Positions 12,580 through 26,279 of a DNA stretch of 64,000 bases are shown here, piece after piece. This DNA is from Octopus vulgaris. Taxonomy: Eukaryota. Numbering within the stretch: the stretch's first letter is position 1; each line of letters opens with the position of its first letter. Below the pieces are notes generated by a model that searched no databases, was not told the DNA's origin, and worked only from the letters and a program-made list of their open reading frames with translations. Where the stretch lies: assembly GCA_951406725.2 (NCBI GenBank), contig OX597833.1:45198001-45262000 (forward strand), in the 5' to 3' direction. A program made the translations under genes and the position numbers.

Positions 12580-12651
12580 CCTCAGCAACCAAAGAATTAC
12601 AGAAAATGCAATTCACAATGATGACATCAACTGGGCGGCTTTAGTGAATAT

Positions 12652-12670
12652 CTGAAAAGCAAAAGGAAAG
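12652..12670 (-). promoter_or_regulatory. 3' splice acceptor of the GLMN exon
   Basis: ctttccttttgcttttcag|ATATTC, a strong polypyrimidine tract 72 nt upstream of the GLMN ATG. Confidence 0.75.
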
Positions 12671-13454
12671 CATCAAACTGGATCCACTAAGTTTGAATAT
12701 GTAATACATAGATATACTAAATCACCAATTCTAAGCAGCAAATGCTACATATTCCTACCTATCATATATATGTGTGTGACAAAGTGTCAAATTGGGGGGG
12801 GGGGGGTTTCAAATTTCAATCTAAATTTTGATAATTACAATTTTCAAAATCATCAAATTTTAAACAAAAGAACTGATTTGAGATGAACCCCCACCCAAAA
12901 TAACATGTTTTCAATATGCCTGTTTCACTAGTCAAATTAGAGTTTATATCTAATATCACTCTACATTGAAAACCATAGAAGTTATTTCATTCATAATTAA
13001 GTTTTAAGGTTTTGTTCAAGACTCATTTCTCCTGAAACTAGACATATTTAAAACTGTTTGAATATTTAAAACTTTTAATATCTTAAAGATAATATTTTCA
13101 ATTTCATGTGTAAAGGTAAATTTTTTTTTTTACTCCCTCTCTTTTTTCACTAGTTTAGTCTGGTGGAATTGGATGGCTCACAGTTTCTGCAGGCACTCTA
13201 GGACTATTGACATTCAAGATTCCTCTTGAATAGTTTTTAAGTCACCGACTGGAGGAAAGACATGTGGACAATGTTTTGGATATAGCGTGGGGAGGGGGGC
13301 TATGAAGTGGAGAATAGGAAGAGAAGAGACAAGTGAACTGGGAGTATGTAAGCAGAGGTGACATGAGACTAGATAGCACCAAAAGAACAGAAAGAATTGT
13401 AATAGGAGAGACAGCAAGTTTGTGGGTCAGAGCTTGGAGTGTATTGCATATATC

Positions 13455-14047
13455 GGATCTTTTCCTTTTCTAGTTAACTAAACACTTTAAAACTTCGTAT
13501 ACTGGTAGAATGTGTCAAAATAAAACATTTTTTTCTCTTGGCTTTCTTGAGAAAATTGTAATTTGTTTGTTTAATGTAGTTTAATTTTTTGAATTTTAAC
13601 CAATCCTCTGCTCTCTTTTGAGCTAAAATCATTTGCTGCGTCTAAAACTGAGACGTATACAGAAAGCGTGTGTATAAAATTATAGAATTATTTTGTTTGT
13701 TAATTGTTTAAATTATTTTCCATTGCTTTCGGCTTTTTTAACACGTGTAACAATTAAATTAATTTAACAATTAAGAAAAAAAAAGTTAGTTAGGTTCAGG
13801 GTTAGTGACAGGATGTTGTCTCAGTTTTAGACGCAGCAAATGATTTTAGTTCAATGGAGGTAATCGATTGGTTAAAATTGCCAAAATGCTTGGATTTTCA
13901 GACGAAATATCTTACAAACTATAGAATTTTCTCAATAAAACCAAGAGAAAATGATGTTTTAAACACATTCTACCAGTATACAAAGTTTAAAACTTTTTAG
14001 TTACCTAGAAATTATGTTACAAACTGCCGTTCAAAAGGAAAAGATCC
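13455..14047. mobile_element. Merlin-like MITE
   Basis: TIR ggatcttttcctttt / aaaaggaaaagatcc; 8-bp TSD catatatc on both sides. Confidence 0.8.
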
Positions 14048-14597
14048 CATATATCTGTACATACAAATGGATGTCTCATCACATATTAACTACACTTGAA
14101 ATATAATCTGGGAACATGGATTCTAAGAAAATAATCTACAGAAAAGTTTTAACAGATACAGGCTCCTCTAGAGAGTCTGAAGCACTTTATATATAGATAT
14201 ATAAAGTGGCAACGACTTATATTCAATAACCAGTTACATGTTAGCAACCACGCCACCAAAAAAAAAAAAAAAAAATTGTGCCTCTAAGAATAATATTTGA
14301 ATAAAGATGACGAGTGTGAGCTAAGTGTATTGAGTGACAGAGCAGAGTCATTAATTCAAACCTTCCACTAGCCACTGTATGGAGACCTTAAGCAAGACAC
14401 TTAACTCTGCTTGTCTGTTTATCTAAAAAATGTTTCAGTTTTGCAAAAAAAGGCACCCTGTTATTAAAAACATGGCTCTATTAAAAACCTGTATTTTGAC
14501 TTTTTTTTTTTGTGGAAGAATCATATTATCCACATAAGCACACATACAGATCTACCATTATATTTCGTTGTTTTATTTCTTTATAAAAATCAAAATA

Positions 14598-15903
14598 TGA
14601 GGTGGTATCAAAAAGTTCCAGGACTAGTTATGTTTAATAAAAAAATGACTTATTTACCTAAGTTTTAACATTATCTTTGAAACAGACACCTTGCACACCA
14701 ATACACCGGTCTCAGTGTTCTTGCCACTTTTGGAATCTGGCCTGGAAGTAATTTTCCAACCACTTTTGGAATCATGGCATGGAAGCGAGTTGAGGACCTT
14801 CTGCAATTCGCTCTGGATCTCGACAAGTTTTAACACGGTGACTTTTGAGCGGCCTTATCATTTCGGGGGAAGAAATGGAAGTCCACAGTGGCTGTGTGGT
14901 AAGTAGCTTTCTTACCAACCACATAGTTCCGGGTTCAGTCCCACTGCATGGCACCTTGGGCAAGTGTCTTCTACTATAGCCTCGGGCCGACCAAAGCCTT
15001 GTGAGTGGATTTGGTAGACGGAAACTGAAAGAAGCCTGTCGTATATATGTATGTGTGTGTGTGTTTGTGTTTGTCCCCCCAACATCGCTTGATAACCGAT
15101 GCTGGTGTGTTTACATCCCCGTAACTTAGCGGTTCGGCAAAAAGAGACCGATAGAATAAGTACTAGGCTTACAAAGAATAAGTCCTGGGGTCGATGTGCT
15201 CGACTAAAGGCGGTGCTCCAGCATGGCCGCAGTCAAATGACTGAAACAAGTAAAAGAAAAAAAAAAGTTGCTAAATCTTTTGAATAGGGTGAGTGCAGAA
15301 GCTATACCATGTTGCTTTTGGTGAGAAACTCACAAATAAGGAAAGCTCAGAGACAAGTTACAATGTCAGCATGAAGAATCCAATTCTTTTGCTCCACATA
15401 TCCAGTCACTTTCACTGAATGTTTTCCCTCAAACGCTCCAAGACGTTGCAGTAGAACTCTCAATTAATGGTTTGGCCCTGGGGGATGAATTCTTGATGCA
15501 GAATACCACATTTTCCAGGAGTGGCACTCATGGCACGTCTTCCAGGGATGTTCGTCTGCTTTTGAAGCAGCCATGCCACTCGAAACATTGCATACAAACC
15601 ATTGCCTCATTGCAGTAAGCTTGCCAAAGCATGCTCAATGTCTCTGTAGCAGACTTCCCAAGTTTAACGCAAAATTTCATGTTGGGTCTTTGATCCAATT
15701 TCCTGTCCATGACAAAATTGCAGATAAACAGCATACATGTGATCACAAAGCGCAAAGTTCACAACTTGCAAAGTAAACACAGCGATGTCACTTGGCATAC
15801 TGCCTCATGAAAGTCACTACTAGCTCTCACTGTGCACACAACCGTATGCTGCCATCTGTTAGCATGCTACAGAACTAGTCTGAGAACTTTTGATACTACT
15901 TTG
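14598..15903 (-). mobile_element. Deleted mariner element interrupted by a SINE
   Basis: TIR gaggtggtatcaaaaagttc..gactag; transposase N-terminus QRPNMKFCVKLGKSATETLSML at 15528-15755. Confidence 0.75.
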
Positions 15904-17186
15904 TATATATACTCTATATAATAAGCTGCTGGCACTCTGCTGGTTATGACAAGGGCTCCAGTTGTTTTGATCAACAGAACAGCCTGCTCATGAAATTAAC
16001 ATGCAGTTGGCTGAGCACTTCACAGACACATGTACCCGTAACGTAGTTCTTAGGGAGATTCAGTGACAGAGTCTGTGGCAAGGCTGGCCTTTTGAATTAC
16101 AGGTACAATTCATTCTGGCCAGCTGAGTGGACTGGGGCAACATGAAATAAAGTTTCTTGCTCAAGGACACAATGCACCCCTGGGAATTGAATTCATGACG
16201 GTCGTGAGCCGAATACCCTAACCACTAAGCAACATGCCTATATATAATACTATGAAGATATATATATATCTATATATACTAGATAGGCACAGGAGTGGCT
16301 GTGTAGTATGTAGCTTGCTTACCAACCACATGGTTGCGTGGGAAGTGTCTTCTACTATAGCCTCGGGCTGACCAAAGCCTTGTGAGTGGATTTGGTAGAC
16401 GGAAATGAAAGAAGCCCTGTTGATTCGTTAGCTACTGCACGCATTTTTTTTCTCTCCTTCTTTCTGTGTTTTTCTCTCTCTGTGTATCTTTCTGTTGAAG
16501 AGCGTAGGCTCGAAACGTTAAAGACTTGTTTTATTTATATTTCCTGAGCGCCATACTAATACAATTGTTCGTTTGTTTTCCACCTGCCTTCGTCTTTTGT
16601 TTATTTTCATAAAGCTTCCCGGTATGTATATATATATATATATATGTATGTATGTGTGTGTGTGTATATGTTTGTGTGTCTGTGTTTGTCCCCCCCCCCC
16701 CAATATCGCTTGACAACCAATGGTGGTGTGTTTACATCCTCGTAACTTAGTGGTTTGGCAAAAGAGACTTATAGAATAAGTATTAGGCTTCCAAAGAATA
16801 AGTCCTGGGGTCGATTTGCTCGACTAAAGGCGGTGCTCCAGCATGGCCACAGTCAAATGACTGAAACAAGTAAAAGAGAGTGTCAAAGGTAGAGTATTTC
16901 TACAACTGATCACCAGCACTTGAGAGTGATAAAGTGATAGATCATCATCATCATTTTAACATCTGCTTCTCCACATTTGTATGGGTTGGATGGAGTCTAC
17001 TGAGGAAGATTTTCTATAGCCAGATGCTCTTCCTGTCATCAATCCTCAGGTATTTTCAAGCAAGGTAAAATTTCCTCATGGTGAGACAGGTTTATGCAGA
17101 AAGTTGGAAATGAGTGACATGGTCTATATGACAATGACACTAATAAGTCTTGCATAATGTCAAGATGTTATGCAAGAAACAAATAT

Positions 17187-17225
<39 letters not shown>

Positions 17226-17230
<5 letters not shown>

Positions 17231-17407
17231 GTAAATGTAATATGTGACAATTATTTGGTAGCCATGATAAAACTCCGAGTTTCGGATGCTGAGGTGGAAA
17301 CCCATGCTGCCATCTCTTCATGGCAGTGTGGATTTCCACCTCAGCATCCGAAACTCAGAATTTTATCATGGCTACCGAATAATTGTCACATATTACATTT
17401 ACAGATA
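17226..17407. repeat. ~180-bp near-perfect palindrome (foldback) next to a (TA)n tract
   Basis: Arm tatctgtaaatgtaatatgtgacaatta...ggatgctgaggtggaaa and its reverse complement, separated by a short loop. Confidence 0.9.
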
Positions 17408-19594
17408 AATTCCTCTGTTTACATAATCGAGGTCTCTTTCATTCTTTTGTTGTCTTACCACTTTTATCAATATATATATGTGTGTGTATGTGAATTTTAG
17501 GTTAGAGAATATATGTCTGATATTACTTGTAAAGGCAAATTCACTGTAGTTACTATGGAGAAAAAATTTTATGGTAAAAAGGTATTCACACACACATAAT
17601 GGGCTTCTTTCAGTTTCCACCTACCAAATCCATTTACAAGTCTTTGGTTGGCCAGGAGCTATAGTAAAAGACACTTGCCCAAGGTTCCACACAGGGAGAC
17701 TGGACCAATAAATTTTTTTGACACTTAATGGTATTATATATCACAAAGTGTGAAAAGGAACAAAAGTGATTGTACGATACAATTGTTTTAAATTGATATG
17801 ACTTCTTCCATGACGTGTGTCATTTGCAACACACAGTACCAGATTGAATAAAACCCCAAGATTTTAAAAACTATTTTCTGTTTTATTCATTAAACTATTC
17901 GCATTTAAACAGGACATATCCTGCTCAAATATTCTACCTGTTTTATACTAAACTGGGCCAGATTCTGCTTCTCACACCTACTCTACAATGTTGTTCTGAA
18001 AATAAGCAATCATATCATCAAAATCTTGAAGCTATGAAATAATGCAGAATAATGTGAATGCTGAAGTGTTAATGTCTAAGTCTGTGATGCTTGGGAATCC
18101 AGCAGGAGAGTTGAATGATGACTGCTTCTGATAGGAATCTACAGAGGAAGTGCTTGAGGATTCTACCCCTATGACCCTCCCAGGAATATAGGGGCTGTGA
18201 AAATGGATTGGAGAGGTGGTGAACAAGTGACCAAGACATCTGGTGATATGCTATGCTGAGAAGACCTGTGAAGCCAAGTGAAATCGTAGTTGTGACCAAT
18301 GCCAGAAGCACCCTTTGGACATTGGGCTTCATGGAGGCAATGATAAGTGACAGACCTTTGGTGATATGCTGTGCTTGAGAAGACCTGTCAAGCCGAGTGA
18401 AATCATAGTTGTGACTGATGCTGGTGTCATGTAACTGACAACCGTGCCAGTGGCATGTAAAAAGCACCCACTACACTCTTGGAGTGGTTGGCGTTAGGAA
18501 GGTCATCCAGCCATAGAAACCATGCTAAATCAGATTGGAATTGATGTAGCCCTCCAGCTTACCAGTTTCAAACTGTCTAAGCCATGCCAACATGGAAAGC
18601 AGGCACTAAATGATGATGATGAAATGTTGCACTATAGTAAAACTTCCCCTTGGTTTTCAAGGGGGTAAGTAACTGAGAAATTTCTTCCCTTGAATAGAAC
18701 ATTAGTCCACTGTAAATTTTACCAAAGAAATACTTGATCTCAGCACTACAAACCAATGAAATCTAAAACATCTGAAAACAGAGTACGATTGGCTGGGACC
18801 ATGAACAGCATCTATGTATGGTACTGATTAGATAAATTCAGCCTTTTAGGAGGTAAGGGTCATTGCCAATAGCTCAGTTTGCTGGAGTTTAATTCTACAT
18901 TCTACACTACCGCTCCTACATTAACATTTACTTCATTACATAATTAACAAAATTTGTCCTTAAATTGGCAATATTAGCAGAATTATATATTACAATATGA
19001 ATAATGGATCCAACATGATTTTTTCCAATTCACATCTAATTAAAAAACATTTACTCACTTGAACATTTAATAAGCTGAGGATTAAAAGACAGAAATTTCA
19101 ACACATAACTAGCTAATACAATTTTACTGTGATGAAACTGCACTACATAGGCGCATATAACATGAAATATGAGTCCATGAAGGAAGTTCCACTTATTTAG
19201 AACCAATTTTTCCATTAAATAAATCACTGCCACATCGACCCATCAAAACAGACACCTCATGTGATAATATAAAATAGTGTAAGTTAAATTGTTTACTTAA
19301 AGTAGTAAATGTTTCTAATTCCTGAAAGGATGTTTGCAAGAATCTGCACTTAGATTCTGATATCAAGGTGTTAGCTAACAGGACAAGATAAATCTCTGGT
19401 TACAGTGGTAGTAAATTGCAAGGGACATTTTCAAATGAACATTGCTTTTACTGTAAGCTAAGTAAACTAAGATACACAGAGAATTAATTATACTACCCAA
19501 TTAATTGTACTACCCAAATACACTATGAAAGGATCAGAACAATAATTTTAATTACAAATAGCTGGATGCTCAGCAGTAGAATGTACATCTACAA

Positions 19595-19932
19595 CAGTGG
19601 TTCTCAACTGGGGTTCATATAAGATTTTTGGAGGGCCAAACAAAATAGTAAATTAGGGATACTCAATAGTTTTTTGAGGGCTCCTGAAAAAATTTTGCTT
19701 TGCATGTATGTTTTGGTATATATTGCTAAAAACAGCTAAGTTTCTTTCTTTCACATTTTACATAGTTTAACCTACACAAGTTAAAGTGTGAAAAACAAAA
19801 AAATACGAATTTTGAAAGAAGTATCTATAAAACTGGTTTTAAACATTGAATGGCTACAGGGGGGGGGGTTTCCACCAGAACAAAACAATAACCAAAGCGA
19901 TCCATAGATAAAAAATTGTTGAGAAACCCCTG
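19595..19932. mobile_element. hAT non-autonomous element
   Basis: TIR cagtggttctcaac / gttgagaaacccctg; TSD atctacaa / atctagaa. Same family as 38196-38952. Confidence 0.75.
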
Positions 19933-20212
19933 ATCTAGAATGTGTAAGTAGCTACCCAGACAGAATCAGAAGGGTGTTAGACAAAATGCTTTGTGGCATT
20001 CAGTTACATCATTTTACACGCCGCCAAGTCCAATGTGTTGCTTTTCCTCATGGGGAAAGGGGGGGGTTGGTGATAAATTAAGTTTAGTAGCAAACAAATA
20101 TTGGGATGTTTTAATTGGCTATGCTCTCACTCAAAATGTGTGGCCTTGTCTATGACAGAAATCAGTATTTGAACACACTTCAGATATGCCTTCAATACAA
20201 CAAATAATTATA

Positions 20213-20518
20213 TCTTAATATATAAAATTGAAGTTGTGTGTGTTAGACTCTGTCTCCTCCGATTTAGATTCCTAACTACTCCCACATTTTGCGGTGCAGT
20301 TTAACCAAAAGCGGGTATCTTATAGTCGTGATTCATATCGAGCCCTTCTGGGTATTAGCGCATGTCTACGATGAGTCTACGATTTAAAAAAAAATTTACC
20401 ATCATTTTTCCACATTTTTAATGCATTTTTGCTCGGTTTATATAAGGGAAGTAACTCTCTAAAAATGCTTATAGTTATTTCCCTTACAAACCCGAGCAAC
20501 GCCAGGCGATACTGCTAG
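20213..20518 (+). mobile_element. Non-autonomous Helitron
   Basis: 5' TC, subterminal hairpin cccgagcaacgccagg, 3' CTAG, A|T target site. Confidence 0.8.
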
Positions 20519-23500
20519 TCTGATGTAAACTTGTGCAGCATTGCCAACACATACAGTCCAAATACTTCATCAACAAACAAGTAATTATATTTTAACTAGT
20601 ATTACCTGTTGTATGATGAGTAATGCTAGCAATATGTTTTTGTTACTGTAGTAATATCAAGTAAAGTTACACAATATGTTTGTATATATATATATATATA
20701 TATATATAAAATCAATAACATTAATACTGTTTAACTATCAATTATAAATGCAACATTAATTCTATATAAGGTAGTATGAAATCTTTTAGGGTGACCAAGC
20801 AATCAACAATGAACATTATCAGTACTGTTGATGATTGCGTGTGTGTGTGTGCAAGTGCTACTGTTTTGTTTCGGAGCAAGAAGTAACTTTTTGGGGGGTT
20901 CTATGCTTGATGCCTTCATCTTACTTACGTTTTCAATATCATTCTCTTAACTTATAAATTTGTGGCTTTCATGTTTTCACTCAAAAATAATTGAAGCAGG
21001 ACAGTTCCAAAAAGGATATTCCATTATAATTAATTCTGAGATCTAATACTAGTATTAACTTTGCTTTTTATTCTTTCAAGATCAATCAAAAGTTTCCTTT
21101 CCAAAATTCTACTCATGCCTAGTCAAAAGAAAAGTTACCAAACAATATTTATTCTCTATATCTCTTGAGTATCCATTTAATCTCATGAACTACTATATGC
21201 TTTTCATGACTCTTTTACTTGCTTCAGTCATTTGACTGTGGCCATGCTGGAGCACCACCTTTAGTCGAGCAAATCAACCCCAGGACTTATTCTTTGTAAG
21301 CCTAGTACTTATTCTATCGGTGTCGTCTGCCGAACCGCTAAGTTACGGGGACGCAAACACACCAGCATTGGTTGTCAAGCGATGTTGGCAGGTACAAACA
21401 GACATACATATATATTATACATATATACGACAGGCTTCTTTCAGTTTCCGTCTACCAAATCCACTCACAAGGCTTTAGTTGGCCCGAGACTATGGTAGAA
21501 GACACTTGCCCAAGGTGCCATGCAGTGGGACTGAACCTGGAACCATGTGGTTCATAAGTAAGCTACTTACCACACAGCCACTCCTACATGATACAATTTT
21601 AAATGATTTCTCCTAAACACATTTACTTTCTAGACAGTAATTAAAGAGGCTAGCTATTTGACAAAGCCTCATTCATCAAAATACTTCACAACCATAAGTC
21701 CATACTAAGTTTGGATTTCCTTCTTTTCTTTCTTCATTGCTATTAAAATGGTCACTACTGACGTGAAATCAGCATGCCAACAGTATGCCACTCTGACCTA
21801 AACCCTACTTGGGAAAATAAAGTTTAAAAAAGCAAGAAAAAAGAGGAATGGTTGGGGTTCAAATTCAACTGATTTTTCTGCCAACCTAATTTTTTTTATC
21901 CCGTTTTCTATGAGTGAAGTGAAAAGAGGCTTTTCTAGGTAACAAGTCTGATTCACTAATGCAAACTTTTTTGATATGCTAGTCTCTTGCATTTCGTCCA
22001 TTGAACTCTCAAAATACATTGATCAATCCATTTTTTTCTCCCCTATAAATGTATCCATCAAAACTGCCAACATGAATTTCAAAATAAACGAAACTGGTAG
22101 CACATTTTATTTCGAGAGAGGACTGAAAATGTCCTTTATAATTTCATTTTCTCTCCACGGAGTATCCATGATTAGCAGATCCTGAATGAGCTTTATTCCT
22201 TCTCCAAAACCAAGAGAAATCAAAATCTGATTATAAAGGCCTTGGTCTTGAAATAACAGTAAACCCGTTCATTTGCTATAAATCTAGCCCTCCCCTATTG
22301 ACAATAGACACAATTAAGTAATCTCACTCACTACGCGATCCTTCAATATAACAGTCCACTTTCACTTTGTCAAACTACATCTAATAGAGGGATGGGGCAA
22401 AATTAGTAACCGGTGTAAAATGAGTGATTTCTGATTTCTCATTATTTTCTCTCTACCCGTTTGAAATCATTACATTGCAAGTACTGTACCATCATTTTGA
22501 ATTGCTACATTATATTTACGAGAAAAAAATTGGTCTGCATAGTTGTTGAATTTGCGAGTCCGAAACAGAGTCAGGTGACAAGTACATTTTTTTTTTTCAA
22601 GAAATTTTCCCTTGACTTTGACCCGACTGTAATTGAGGTTGCTAATAAAATAACTGGAGAATTTTTGGTGTTTTTATGAATCAATTTTCCCTTCTGTTGG
22701 ATTCCAAGTCAATTTCTTCCTATACTAATTTGATAATTTTCAAATTTCAAAAATAAACTTCCTCTCTTTAACAGAATGGTAAGTAAAATATATCATGTAG
22801 AGAGACACTCCAGCAGGTCGTGAAGAAGCTACATAGAATATTTTATGTCGAGCTTTTTTTTTTCAACCGAGTTTCGTTAATTTCGGATCATGTGCCATTT
22901 TCCCATGATCCTCTTTCATTTGATTTACATATTTTTAAATCTTTTATTTTTGTATTTCTTATGTCTGAGGATGGATATTGATGTGTATGAGTTGTTTTCA
23001 AAAGTAATTCTGGAGAACTGAAGTGGCAAATTTACCTTATCTTTGCTTACTCATTTTGCCCCAGTCAAATTTGCCTTTTATATGCTCAAAGAGAAAGGCG
23101 ATAATTTTCTGAAATAGTGTTCAAATTATGTTACGTTTCTAATGCATTTAGGGAAGGTCATTTGCTTAGATGTTATAGTTTTTACAAGGTAGTGAAAAAT
23201 ATATTTTGTCTCAAAGTAAAAAATGCAGTAAAAATTCCTTATTCTGACCTCCACTATAATCTTGAATGCTCGCCAAAGATTTTTTCTTAAACGTTGTACT
23301 GTGGTCAGAACCCCTTTTCATAGGCTTGAATCCCCCCCCCTTTGTTGTGTTGCTATATAGACATTCCTACAAATGTGTGCATCTCCCACCACCACGACTT
23401 TGGTGCCTCATAACTTCCAAAAAAAAAAACGGATATTTTTTTTTAAATGAAATTCTCTACAAATAATGTAGATTCCAATTATATCGGAATATGTGGTGGG

Positions 23501-24627
23501 ATTGAGTTTCGGAAAATTCACCTGCGTCGGTTTTGTTTACCCATAGCTTTCAGAAAAATGAGTGATTTTTTTTTATTGAAATTTTCTATAAATACCTTTC
23601 AGAGCGTGTAGATTAAAAAAACTTGGTGGGGTCACACACATACATACTGACACACATCGCATTTGAAATTTGGAAAAAATAAAAATTGTCATGTGTATCA
23701 GTATGTGCTCAGTATTTTTCTTTTCACATCAAATTCCGACATAATTGTAATCTACACACTCTGAAAGGTATTTGTAGAAAATTTCATTAAAAATATAATC
23801 ATTTTTCTGAAAGTTATGAGGAAACAAAGAGATAAAACAGAACCACACAAAATCCAAAACCTCTAAATGTAATTTTTTCGCCAATGATAAACGAAATAGT
23901 ACTAGCTGAAGCGCCGCCAAAATGAAAGTTATTTGATATATTTATATAAGGATTGCCTTCGAATGTATAAAATTAACGCGAAACATACCAAAATAATTCG
24001 TAGATACTAGATTTATCTAAAAAAAAAAAAAAAAAATAGCCGGCATTCTGTCAACAACATATTTTAGGACGGCGAACTTTCAGAAATAGTTACATTATCT
24101 TAAGGAGAGAAAAAAGGGAAAGGAATTAATTGAGTGGCTGTTTCCTTCCGTGAAATACTTTTTTCTTGTCCAAAAAATTAGATTTATTTATTTTTTTTAC
24201 ATTTTTGTCCCTAATTTCCATCACTTTTCCTATCTCGTGGGACAGGTGCAATAGTAAAAAAAATTTACCGATTATATAACTTCGTAATGATATGGCTTGA
24301 TTATTTTCTTTGCAACTACGCCAATTATAAAAATAAAATGGAAATAAAACATATCAACGAGTTGAATTATATATATATATATATATATATGTATATCTAT
24401 ACAAGTAGGAATATATAAGCTGTGTGTTCGTGAGTGAATTTATATTTTGTATGCAATATCACGAGATGAAAGGCACATTATAATGTCTATAAGGATGCAC
24501 GGACCTTGAAGGTCTACTTTAATATTTTATGTTTTGAATCGAGGTTAAACAGTAAACATTATCGAATTTACTTTTATACACATAATTCAAACAAAAATTC
24601 ACTATAAATAAAACATGTTCAACTTAC

Positions 24628-24685
24628 CTAAAGTAACTCTCAAACAAAATCCAGTTCGGAGAAAACGTGCTAACATCACTGCCAT
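24628..24685 (-). CDS. Predicted first coding exon of the host gene (MAVMLARFLRTGFCLRVTL)
   Basis: acaATGg Kozak context at 24685, perfect donor AG|GTAAGT at 24627, Arg-rich peptide with no acidic residues, CpG-retaining unique sequence around it. Confidence 0.7.
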
Positions 24686-24927
24686 TGTAACACTGACAAC
24701 TACGAAACTACGGACAGATTTTTTTTATTTCGAATCAGTTAAAACGCGACTACGTATTTTGTTATTCTTACTCCTCAGTTGTGCGTGATGTGTCTGTATA
24801 TTATCTTCATCATCAGTTAACGTCCATTCTCCATGCTGGTCTGGGTTGGATGGAGTTAGCAAGCCAGAGGACAGCTACAAGCTCTACTGTCAGTGTTGGC
24901 ACAATATCTACAGTTGGATGCCCTTCC

Positions 24928-25259
24928 GGATCTTTTCCTTTTGAACGGCACTTTGTAACATAATTTCTAGGTGGGGGAAGGATATCTTTTTTCTTCACAA
25001 ATGTAAATAAACCCAATCTGTTTCTTAAAGGAGGGACATATTCATTATGCACAGAAAGTTATTTACCTAAATGGACGTAAGCGATTGGTTAAAATTGCAA
25101 ATTAAAGACGAAATATGTTACAACATATAGAATTTTCTCAATAAAGCCAAGAAAAAAAAAACGAGGTTTTATTAACACATTCTACCAGTATACGAACTTT
25201 AAAAGTGTTTAGTTAACTCGAAATTGTGTTGACAAGTGCCGTTCAAAAGGAAAAGATCT
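24928..25259. mobile_element. Merlin-like MITE inserted in an older repeat
   Basis: TIR ggatcttttccttttgaacggca; 8-bp TSD gcccttcc. Confidence 0.8.
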
Positions 25260-26279
25260 GCCCTTCCTAATGTCAACTACTTTACAGAGTGAACTGGGTA
25301 CTTTTTATGTGATACAAGCATAGGCCCACAAAGTAACCTGCAAGGCAAAGACACCCCACCCTCGACTGGTAGGAGGAGGAGTATGATGGAGGTGGATTTG
25401 TGCTAGTTGATGAGAGTTTAGAGAATGACAGAGGGACAGAAACAGAATGTCCTCCTGTAGAAGAGATACATAGCTGCCCTGCTGTATCTAGACGCTGAAG
25501 ATGTGACAACTGAAGGTTTTATTTAGTCCCAAGAACATGCAAACTCGAGTTAGTTAATAAATTTATGGGATCTTTTCGGTTTGAACGGCAGTTAGGGGTG
25601 GGGGAAGGGTATCTTTTTTTCTTCACAAATGTAAATAAACCCAATCTGTTTCTTAAACGAGTTGTAAAGAAATAGGTATTTCGTCTGCCGTTACGTTCTG
25701 AGTTCAAAATTCCACCGAGGTCGACTTTGCCTTTCATCCTTTCTGGGTCGATAAATTAAGTACCAGTTACGCACTGGGGTCGATGTAATCGACTTAATTA
25801 ATTTGTCTGTCCTTGTTTGTCCTCTCTATGTTTAGCCCCTTGTGGGCAATAAAGAAATAAGTAACTTTAGCAAGCAGGGCGAAATGCTTAGCAGTATTTC
25901 GTCTGACGCTACGTTCTGAGTTCAAATTCCGCCGAGGTCGATTTTGCTTTTCATCCTTTCGGGGTCGATTAAATAAGTACCAGTTAATCACTGGGATCGA
26001 TGTAATCGACTTAATCTTCTTGTCTGTCCTTGTTTGCCCCCTCTATGTTTAGCCCCCTGTGGGCAATAAAGAACTAAAAATTAATAGCATCCATCCAACT
26101 CTTGTGTGATTAAACACGCTCCACAGATCTTAAATCGAATGTTATCGGCTTAAAGGATATTATTTTTGACATTGTTAGATTCTATGGCTAAATATAGACG
26201 TATAAAGGTCCTGTCTTATCTAGTATCCAATAAAGCGCCTGTCATGCAATCATTTACCGCAACTTTAATAATTTTTGTT

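Noticed and set aside
12580-12588. TTG start of the 644-aa ORF
   Set aside because: Eukaryotic locus; the in-frame ATG at 12579 has a strong Kozak context.
21750-23250. Coding-looking stretch (ORF 21798-22019) as a host exon
   Set aside because: Frameshifted and without convincing splice sites; more likely a decayed DNA transposon I cannot classify.
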